From: Candidatus Pacearchaeota archaeon
GTDB taxonomy: Archaea > Nanobdellota > Nanobdellia > Pacearchaeales > GW2011-AR1
NCBI GenBank assembly: GCA_017609405.1
Contig: JAFCDZ010000004.1
Coordinates: 1-52,638, forward strand
Length of the DNA: 52,638 nucleotides
Direction of reading: 5' to 3'
The translations under genes were made by a program, and so were the position numbers. The first letter of the stretch is position 1. Each line of letters begins with the position of its first letter. The notes below the pieces were generated by a model. That model was not told where the DNA came from and searched no databases. It was given only the letters and a program-made list of their open reading frames with translations. Below, in pieces: positions 16,305-22,580 of the stretch.

Positions 16305-17369
16305 ATGGTCGGAGTTTATTCTGATAAAGATATCAGGGAATTAATTAAAAAAGGAGTTATTCAGGGAAATATAAATGACGAGCAAATACAACCTTCTTCA
16401 CTTGATTTAACTCTCGGTTCTTATGTTTATTGCTTACCTTTTTCATCAATCCTTAGTGCTTCTGACTCTTTTGAGGATTATCTTGAAAGATATTCAGCAT
16501 ATAAATTAAATCTTGATGAAAAACCTCTTTTTTTACATAAAGGAGTTCTTTATATAATTGAGCTGCAAGAGAGAGTATCTCTTCCGGAAGGAATTCTTGC
16601 ATTATCTAATCCAAAAAGCTCTACTGGAAGGACAGATATTCATGTAAGGTTGATAACAGAACCAAACCAGGGGAAGAAACAATTATTTGATATTATTCCT
16701 GAAAATTATTCAGGAAAACTTTGGTTAGAGGTTTATTCAAACTCTTTTGATATAATGGTTTACAAAGGCCTCTCTTTAAATCAAATAAGGTTCTATGACA
16801 AAGCAACAAAACAAGTTGAAAAACAAGAACTAATTAAGGTAAATAATGATAAAGGGGTTCTTTTTAATGACAAGGGTGTAGCTGAACCTCATTTTTTTGG
16901 AGATAGTGTGTTATTATCCCTTCATCTTCCAAAAGATGGCGTTGTTGGTTATATTGCTAAAAAAAGCCCATATCCTGTTGATTTGTCCAAAAAAGAAAAC
17001 AAAATAGATTATTTTTTTGAAGAATTAAGAAACCAAAATAATGGAATAATTATTGAAAAAGATTCTTTCTATATTCTTGTTTCAAAAGAAATTGTTAAAA
17101 TCCCTGAAAATTTATGCGCAGAATTAGAACCTTTTGATTCTTTTACTGGAGAGTATAGGGTACATTATGCAGGATTTATTGATCCTGGTTTTGAAGGAAG
17201 AATTGTTTTAGAAATAAGAAATTTTGGTCCAAGGTTTTTATTAAGAGATAACCAAGTAATTGGAAGATTAAAATTTTTCAAATTAAAACAACCCCCATAT
17301 AATAAGTATGGTGTAAATAGCAATTATCAGCAACAAAAAGGCCCAAGATTGGCGAAGTTTTTTAGTTGA
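16305..17369 (+). CDS. dcd: dCTP deaminase-like protein, long (~350-aa) form
   Basis: 354 aa. IQPSSLDLTLG and NPKSSTGRTDIHVR are dUTPase/dCTP-deaminase-fold motifs. A second beta-barrel-like half (GFIDPGFEGRIVLEIRN) follows. Confidence 0.7.
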   Translation: MVGVYSDKDIRELIKKGVIQGNINDEQIQPSSLDLTLGSYVYCLPFSSILSASDSFEDYLERYSAYKLNLDEKPLFLHKGVLYIIELQERVSLPEGILALSNPKSSTGRTDIHVRLITEPNQGKKQLFDIIPENYSGKLWLEVYSNSFDIMVYKGLSLNQIRFYDKATKQVEKQELIKVNNDKGVLFNDKGVAEPHFFGDSVLLSLHLPKDGVVGYIAKKSPYPVDLSKKENKIDYFFEELRNQNNGIIIEKDSFYILVSKEIVKIPENLCAELEPFDSFTGEYRVHYAGFIDPGFEGRIVLEIRNFGPRFLLRDNQVIGRLKFFKLKQPPYNKYGVNSNYQQQKGPRLAKFFS

Positions 17370-17408
17370 TTTTGAGTTTGTTGAAAATCTCTATTTAGAT
17401 TTTAGAGG

Positions 17409-17469
17409 GGTTACTATACCTCCACTTTAGGACTAAATAGAAACCAAAATCTCACAATAGTTTATGTTA
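17409..17469 (+). repeat. 61-bp direct repeat, copy 2 (partner at 7810..7870)
   Basis: 60/61 identical to copy 1, in the same orientation and 9,599 bp downstream. It begins 40 nt after the dcd stop. Identity again stops right after GTTA (17466-17469). Confidence 0.95.
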
Positions 17470-17548
17470 AAGAAAATATTTCCACTTTCTCCGTCGCTGT
17501 TTTAACTTTTATCGTCGGAGACAAGTCTCAAATTCTTATTTTGATATC

Positions 17549-17621
17549 TTCGTTTAACGCTCCAATCTGAAATTGTTTTTGTTGGATGTGCAACTTCAGA
17601 TAACATCGCTGATTAAACGAA
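17549..17621. repeat. 73-bp imperfect palindrome directly downstream of the unit B ORF (attC-like in size and ends)
   Basis: Outer arms are TTCGTTTAA 17549-17557 and TTAAACGAA 17613-17621 (9/9). Inner arms are TCTGAA 17566-17571 and TTCAGA 17595-17600. The left end contains GTTTAAC (RYYYAAC-type box) and the right end ATTAAAC. Confidence 0.6.
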
Positions 17622-17633
17622 ATTAGTGAATTT

Positions 17634-17810
17634 TTATTCTATCTTTTTTCCAAAAAATATTCTTATCGAGAACAACCAGAAAATTATTGCAGAAATTAAT
17701 AAAACCCAGTAGGTTGTTGTTGCAATTCCCGAAATATTTCTAATCGTAAAAAGTGTTAGTGCAACACCAAATACGGATGCTCCATCGATAAATCTTCTGT
17801 CGATTTTCAT
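17634..17810 (-). CDS. 58-aa two-TM hypothetical protein (cargo of unit B)
   Basis: Below the track length cutoff. MKIDRRFIDGASVFGVALTLFTIRNISGIATTTYWVLLISAIIFWLFSIRIFFGKKIE. A TATA-like box (plus-strand CTATATAAAT, 17831-17840) lies about 25 nt upstream of the ATG. Confidence 0.45.
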   Translation of the reverse strand: MKIDRRFIDGASVFGVALTLFTIRNISGIATTTYWVLLISAIIFWLFSIRIFFGKKIE

Positions 17811-17901
17811 AGTTTTATTAATTTCTCAAACTATATAAATTTTATTGTTCTCTAAAAAATCCACTAACTACGATATCAAAGAATTCTCGAAAGTGGAAAT
17901 A

Positions 17902-18126
17902 CTCTTCGGAATTTTTCCACTTCGTGAAAAACCGTCTTGCAGACTATTCCTCGTCCTCGCTTTCAGATCGGATTCCTTAACACACATTAAACGGTTCGCT
18001 CCGTTGCACTCGCTCACCCATATTTTTTGCTTCGCAAAAAACACTCGAGGTCACTTCGCTCCGCTCGTTTTGGCCCAAATTCTTGCTTCGCAAGAACTTC
18101 TCATAACCGCAAAACGTTAGTTTCAA
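17902..18126 (+). repeat. junction repeat E3 (two tandem, degenerate copies E3a/E3b)
   Basis: Starts with CTCTTCGGAATTT. Contains GGTTCGCTCCGTTGCACTCGCTCACCCATAT plus hairpin TTTTTGC-TTC-GCAAAAA (18024-18040). This is followed by GAGGTCACTTCGCTCCGCTCG..GGCCCAAAT plus hairpin TTCTTGC-TTC-GCAAGAA (18080-18096). Ends with GTTAGTTTCAA. Confidence 0.7.
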
Positions 18127-18419
18127 TCAGAAGCCGGCTCTTGCTGTTCTACAAGTAACTTTTCCAATTCATATTTTGGATGAATTTTAAAAAGCCTATA
18201 AGAAATAAAATGATGCTTTCCAGTTACAATATCTCCAATCATTTCTACGGAAAATGGGATGATTATTGGTGCTAAATATGGGCAGTGATATGTTGCGACT
18301 GTGCTTAAACCTAATCCCAATAGACCATAAATTCTGTTTCCTACATTGTACATTATTGTATGTCCATCAATTTTCCTAATTTGATACTGCAAATCTTCTA
18401 TTTGTTCATCTAAAGTCAT
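18123..18419 (-). CDS. hypothetical membrane-associated protein (cargo of unit C)
   Basis: 98-aa ORF with a hydrophobic core (IYGLLGLGLSTVATYHCPYLAPIIIPF). Its last codons (PASD-stop) lie inside the left IR arm. A TATA-like box (plus-strand TAGTATATAA, 18441-18450) lies about 25 nt upstream of the ATG. Confidence 0.55.
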   Translation of the reverse strand: MTLDEQIEDLQYQIRKIDGHTIMYNVGNRIYGLLGLGLSTVATYHCPYLAPIIIPFSVEMIGDIVTGKHHFISYRLFKIHPKYELEKLLVEQQEPASD

Positions 18420-18469
18420 AATTAAATAGTAACTGGAAAGTAGTATATAAAGTTAACGCCGGCTTCTGA
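18127..18469. repeat. unit C: perfect 12-bp inverted repeat pair enclosing one promoter+gene
   Basis: TCAGAAGCCGGC at 18127-18138 and GCCGGCTTCTGA at 18458-18469 (12/12). The left arm starts 7 nt after GTTA (18116-18119). The right arm is followed by CTTTGGATTTT. Confidence 0.9.
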
Positions 18470-18625
18470 CTTTGGATTTTTTGCCTTCACCCAACGTTGC
18501 ACTAAAATCCAACCTCTAACGAGGGAAACTAACAGCGATTAAGAGGCTACGCTCGGTTGCACCTCGCTCCACCCAAATTCTTCACTATGTTCGGAACTTC
18601 GTTAAATCGCATATGTTAGTTGCAA
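18470..18625 (+). repeat. junction repeat E4 (three consecutive hairpins)
   Basis: Hairpin TTGGATTTT 18472-18480 / AAAATCCAA 18513-18521, then CCTC-TAAC-GAGG, then the long imperfect palindrome 18527-18621. Contains CTCGCTCCACCCAAAT and ends with GTTAGTTGCAA. Confidence 0.7.
18527..18621. repeat. 95-bp attC-like imperfect palindrome
   Basis: AACTAAC (18527-18533) pairs with GTTAGTT (18615-18621), and GCGATT (18535-18540) pairs with AATCGC (18605-18610). The spacers are unequal (1 vs 4 nt). The G+C-rich interior 18543-18574 is about 69% G+C by my count. Confidence 0.55.
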
Positions 18626-19079
18626 TTTGAGATTTGGGCTAAAAAATAGTCAAATTAAAAATTTGAGTAATTATAAAAAAGAAGTTGGCATCTAAAGATT
18701 TTCAGTAAACGAAAGATAAGCTTGAGTTTTGTATGCATTTCTTACTCTGTCGCCCCATTCTGCTCTTTCTGAGGGGCTCAATCCGTTATCTCTATCATCC
18801 AAAACTCTTCTCGCTGTTTCTTCAGCAGTTATTGCACCTATATCATATCTACCGCCTTTCGCTCTTTCTATTGTAGCAACTGCTGTGCTCAATGCAGTTC
18901 TAGATGCTTGTCCTCTTTTAAATGCTTGCATATACAATGCTTGCAGATACATATCTGCGATTCCTTGTGACATTTTAATTCACCTTATATCTAGTTGCAA
19001 TAGCAAGTATTTAAATCTTTCTGTTATTCACTACTATGAAGATACAACGCCAACTTCTAAGGTACGCCCAAATCTCAAA
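18626..19079. repeat. unit D: perfect 14-bp outer plus 10-bp inner inverted repeat pairs enclosing one gene
   Basis: Outer pair: TTTGAGATTTGGGC 18626-18639 / GCCCAAATCTCAAA 19066-19079 (14/14). Inner pair: AGAAGTTGGC 18680-18689 / GCCAACTTCT 19049-19058 (10/10). The outer left arm starts 7 nt after GTTA (18615-18618). The outer right arm is followed by CTTCTTCGCC. Confidence 0.9.
18692..18973 (-). CDS. Ala/Arg-rich hypothetical protein of foreign composition (cargo of unit D)
   Basis: 93-aa ORF with 3 Lys, 10 Arg and many Ala, unlike the Lys/Ile/Asn-rich neighbours. It is visibly more G+C-rich. GGTGA lies 7 nt upstream of the ATG. Confidence 0.55.
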   Translation of the reverse strand: MSQGIADMYLQALYMQAFKRGQASRTALSTAVATIERAKGGRYDIGAITAEETARRVLDDRDNGLSPSERAEWGDRVRNAYKTQAYLSFTENL

Positions 19080-19125
19080 CTTCTTCGCCTACGGCTCCGA
19101 CCACACTGCGCTCTCTTTTCTTAAG
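19080..19125 (+). repeat. junction repeat E5 (truncated/degenerate)
   Basis: CTTCTTCGCCTACGGCTCCGACCACACTGCGCTCTC... is G+C-rich. It sits in the same position relative to the right IR arm as E1/E3/E4 and has no clean GTTAGTT end. Confidence 0.45.
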
Positions 19126-19290
19126 TAGGAAATAAATAACAAAACCAAAAAGAACAAAAAATATTTAAACTCCTTTATTTTTTGATTTTTATGGATATTA
19201 GCAAGCAAATTTTATTCTTGAATGCTTTGCTAATCAGTGTTCTGTTACTGCTGTTATAATTCTGCTTCTTTTTTGAAGCAGGGAGGTAAA

Positions 19291-19590
19291 ATGTCTAAAG
19301 ATTCAAGAGATTATTCTGTGCGAGAGGAATATGATTTTTATAATTGTATTTTTCCATTTGAATTCTTGAGTTTTAATGGATTCAGAGAAAGAGATTTTTC
19401 TATAGCTCAGTTTCCTATTTTTATGGTCAATCCAGATAATGGAGAAGTCTTTTATTGTTCGAATTTTAGAAGAGGTTATTATAAGCCAAGAAAACCAAGT
19501 ATGACAAATGGCGCCAATTTTTCAGAAGAGAGAAAAAGAACATTATTAGATTTACTTGAAAAATGGAACTCCCAAAAAAGAGAACAATAA
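19291..19590 (+). CDS. hypothetical protein
   Basis: I prefer the ATG at 19291, preceded by GGGAGG 5 nt upstream, giving 99 aa. No recognisable motif. Confidence 0.5.
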   Translation: MSKDSRDYSVREEYDFYNCIFPFEFLSFNGFRERDFSIAQFPIFMVNPDNGEVFYCSNFRRGYYKPRKPSMTNGANFSEERKRTLLDLLEKWNSQKREQ

Positions 19591-19621
19591 AGATTTTAAA
19601 TACAGTTTCATATAAATAAAA

Positions 19622-22093
19622 ATGGTGGAAATAAATTTTAAGAAAATCGAAGAGAAGTGGCAAAAGAAATGGGAAGAAGCAAAGCTCTTCGAGGTCAAGG
19701 AATTAAAAGATAAAAAGAAATTTTATATTCTTGAAATGTTTCCTTATCCTTCTGGAGAAGGTCTTCACATGGGCCATGCATTAAATTATACCATAGGAGA
19801 TATTTATTCAAGATTTAAGATTATGCAAGGTTTTAATGTTCTTCATCCAATGGGCTATGATGCTTTGGGTTTGCCAGCTGAAAATGCAGCAATTGAAGCA
19901 GGAATCCACCCAGAAGATTATACAAATAATTCTATAAAGAATTTTATTAAACAGCAGAAAGCTTTAGGATTAAGTTATGATTGGTCAAGAATGATTAACA
20001 CTGCAAATCCAGAATATTATAAATGGGACCAGTGGATTTTCCTAAAAATGTTTGAAAAAGGATTAGTTTACAAAAAAACTTCTGCAGTTAATTGGTGTCC
20101 AAAATGCAATACTGTTTTAGCAAATGAGCAGGTTCATAACGGAAAATGTTGGAGGCATAGTGACACTGATATTGAAATAAAACATCTTGAACAATGGTAT
20201 TTTAAGATAACTGATTATGCTGAGGAACTTTATGATATGATTAATGAATTAAAAGAATGGCCAAATAGAACAAAAGCAATGCAGAGAAATTGGATTGGAA
20301 AAAGTTATGGAACAGAAATTTTATTTGAAATTAATGGAGAAAAATGGCCAATATTCACAACAAGACCCGATACTATTTATGGAGTTACTTTTATGGTTAT
20401 TTCTGCACAGCATCCAAGATTAATGGAGCTTGTTACAGAAGAGCAAAAACAAGAAGTTGAGGAATTTTTGAAAAGATTAAGAAGCGTAAGTGAGAAAGAA
20501 TTAGAAGAAATGGAGAAAGAAGGTGTTTTTACAGGAAGTTATGCAATTAATCCTCTGACAAAAGAAAAAGTCCCTGTTTATGCAGGTAATTTTGTAATTG
20601 CAGATTATGGCTCAGGTATGGTAATGGCTGTTCCTGCTCATGACCAAAGAGATTTTGAGTTTGCTAAAAAATATAATATTCCAATAAAAGTTGTTATTCA
20701 GCCTGATGCCTATGAATTAAATCCTGAAAAAATGTCAAGAGCATATACTGGAAGCGGGACATTAATCAATTCTGAAGAGTTTAATGGCTTAAATAATCAT
20801 GATGCAATTGACGAAATAACAAAATATTTAGAGAAAAGAGGATTGGGTAAAAGAACTGTTCAATATAAATTAAGAGACTGGCTTATTTCAAGGCAGAGAT
20901 ATTGGGGAACCCCAATTCCTCTGATTCATTGTGAAAAATGCGGAGTTGTTCCTGTTCCAGAAGAAGAGCTTCCTGTTGAGCTTCCTAAAAATGTTGAATT
21001 TGGAAAAGGAAATCCTTTAGAAACTGCAGAAGATTGGGTTAATGCTACTTGCCCTAAATGTGGAGGGCCTGCAAAAAGAGAAACAGATACAATGGATACT
21101 TTTGTGAATTCTTCTTGGTATTATTTGAGATTTTGCGACCCCCATAATAGCAAAGAAATCTTTGATAAAGAAAAAGCAAATTATTGGGTTCCAATTGATT
21201 TGTATATTGGAGGAGCAGAGCATGCTTGTATGCATTTAATTTATATTCGGTTTTACACAAAATTCTTGAGAGATATTGGTTTATTAAAAATCGATGAGCC
21301 AGCAATCAAATTATTCCATCAAGGAATGCTTCATGGAGCAGATGGAAATAAGATGTCTAAATCACTTGGAAATGTTATTAATCCTCTTGATATTATTGAA
21401 AAATATAGTGCTGATTCCCTTAGATTGGCATTAATGTCTTTTGCATCTCCTGATAGCGATAGCCAGTGGGATGAGAAAATTCTTATTGGAGGACATAAAT
21501 TTCTTGAAAAAGTCTATGATTATTATAATAATGTTGAAATTATTGAAGAGGACAAGCAGACTGAAAGCAAACTTCATAAAACAATTAAATCTGTTACAAA
21601 ATTAATTGAAGAAATTAGATATAATTTAGCAATAATTGAATTAAGAAAACTTTTTGAAAAAATGCCTAAAAAAACTTCTAAAGAAGTTCTTGAAAATTTC
21701 TTGAAAATGTTAAGTCCTTTTTGTCCTCATATTGCAGAGGAGCTTTGGGAAAAAATTGGAAATGAGCCATTTATTAGTAATTCAAAATGGCCTGAAGCAG
21801 ATGAATCAAAAATAGATGAAAAATTAGAGCAACAAGAAAAAGCAGTTGATTCTCTTGTTTCAGATATTATTCGAGTTGTTAAATTAGTAAAAGATAAAGG
21901 AGGCTCTGCTTCTAAAGCATATATTTATGTCTTGCCTGATGAAAAAGAGGTTTATTTGAATGAAAAAGAAAATATTCAAAAAAGAGCAGGAATTGAGATT
22001 GAGATTTTTGCTGTTAATGATAAAGACAAATATGATCCTGAAAACAAATCCAAAAAAGTCAAACCTTGGAAACCTGGAATTTATTTAGAATGA
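19622..22093 (+). CDS. leuS: leucyl-tRNA synthetase, bacterial-type architecture
   Basis: 823 aa. It shows HMGH, KMSKS, and a near-collinear match to the E. coli-type block GLVYKKTSAVNWCP..TVLANEQV..G.CWR......QWYFKIT.YAEEL...WP...K.MQRNWIGKS. Confidence 0.95.
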   Translation: MVEINFKKIEEKWQKKWEEAKLFEVKELKDKKKFYILEMFPYPSGEGLHMGHALNYTIGDIYSRFKIMQGFNVLHPMGYDALGLPAENAAIEAGIHPEDYTNNSIKNFIKQQKALGLSYDWSRMINTANPEYYKWDQWIFLKMFEKGLVYKKTSAVNWCPKCNTVLANEQVHNGKCWRHSDTDIEIKHLEQWYFKITDYAEELYDMINELKEWPNRTKAMQRNWIGKSYGTEILFEINGEKWPIFTTRPDTIYGVTFMVISAQHPRLMELVTEEQKQEVEEFLKRLRSVSEKELEEMEKEGVFTGSYAINPLTKEKVPVYAGNFVIADYGSGMVMAVPAHDQRDFEFAKKYNIPIKVVIQPDAYELNPEKMSRAYTGSGTLINSEEFNGLNNHDAIDEITKYLEKRGLGKRTVQYKLRDWLISRQRYWGTPIPLIHCEKCGVVPVPEEELPVELPKNVEFGKGNPLETAEDWVNATCPKCGGPAKRETDTMDTFVNSSWYYLRFCDPHNSKEIFDKEKANYWVPIDLYIGGAEHACMHLIYIRFYTKFLRDIGLLKIDEPAIKLFHQGMLHGADGNKMSKSLGNVINPLDIIEKYSADSLRLALMSFASPDSDSQWDEKILIGGHKFLEKVYDYYNNVEIIEEDKQTESKLHKTIKSVTKLIEEIRYNLAIIELRKLFEKMPKKTSKEVLENFLKMLSPFCPHIAEELWEKIGNEPFISNSKWPEADESKIDEKLEQQEKAVDSLVSDIIRVVKLVKDKGGSASKAYIYVLPDEKEVYLNEKENIQKRAGIEIEIFAVNDKDKYDPENKSKKVKPWKPGIYLE

Positions 22094-22539
22094 CCTCTCA
22101 GTTAGGTTACATGGAATCACCCTATGACGAATCCTCTTTTAATTATTTTTTGAATGAATATTATAAGTGGATAGAAGGGCATCAAAAAGCTCTTTGTTTT
22201 CCTTCTTTTGATGATGCAAAAGCTCATTTTGAGAGAAGAATAAATTTTCAAGATGGCGGCCAAGAAATCAGCATCTCTCATAAAACTCTTTTTGAAATCT
22301 GGTATATTTGGAATTATTTTTCAGGAAAAAATAATCTTCCAAGATGGGCAATGGAAGTGTATCAAAATGTTAGAGGAATTTCATTTACTCTTTTTGGATG
22401 TGACCCAATAAGAAATCCCGAGCTTTTTGTTTTTGAAACCTTTGAAAGAGTTCAAAAAAATTTAGATTCTCTATTAGAAAACATTAATGGAACAATAGTT
22501 AATTTGTCTGCTTTAACTCAAGGAATTCAATATGAATAA
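22090..22539 (+). CDS. hypothetical protein
   Basis: 149 aa from the ATG at 22090, which overlaps the leuS stop (ATGA). No recognisable motif. Confidence 0.55.
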   Translation: MTSQLGYMESPYDESSFNYFLNEYYKWIEGHQKALCFPSFDDAKAHFERRINFQDGGQEISISHKTLFEIWYIWNYFSGKNNLPRWAMEVYQNVRGISFTLFGCDPIRNPELFVFETFERVQKNLDSLLENINGTIVNLSALTQGIQYE

Positions 22540-22580
22540 ATATTCAAAACTTTTAAAAAACCCTTTTTCCTAATATTTTT

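Larger units (their letters stand above)
17477..17901. repeat. unit B: perfect 13-bp inverted repeat pair enclosing one promoter+gene
   Basis: TATTTCCACTTTC at 17477-17489 and GAAAGTGGAAATA at 17889-17901 (13/13). The left arm starts 7 nt after GTTA. The right arm is followed by CTCTTCGGAATTT and a third arm copy TTTCCACTT (17914-17922), which forms a local UUCG-capped hairpin. Confidence 0.9.

Noticed and set aside
7810-17469. The 61-bp direct repeats as attL/attR of a 9.6-kb integrated element (provirus or plasmid) carrying the adjacent integrase.
   Set aside because: The DNA between the repeats is core genome (GlyRS, HIT, tRNA-CAU, S17e, rubrerythrin, EndA, dcd). It holds no capsid, replication or transfer genes, and the recombinase lies outside the interval. 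The repeats are better explained as two copies of a docking site.
17845-18120. Track ORF 17845..18120 (+, 91 aa) and ORFs 26490..26726 (-), 26520..26912 (+) and 26639..26833 (-) as genes.
   Set aside because: They run through the G+C-rich junction repeats or through tRNA-Arg and its scar repeats, where stop codons are rare. They encode repetitive sequence (SLTH.., RPDTLTHFVRN twice) that simply mirrors the DNA repeats.
17477-19079. The unit-flanking inverted repeats as bulge-helix-bulge processing stems, yielding circular RNAs via EndA and RtcB (both encoded in this window).
   Set aside because: The stems are perfect, without the 3-nt bulges and 4-bp central helix of a BHB. The sequences just outside the arms do not pair. 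In units B and C (and probably A) the right arm lies upstream of a TATA-like box that predicts leaderless transcripts, so the arm is probably not in the mRNA.
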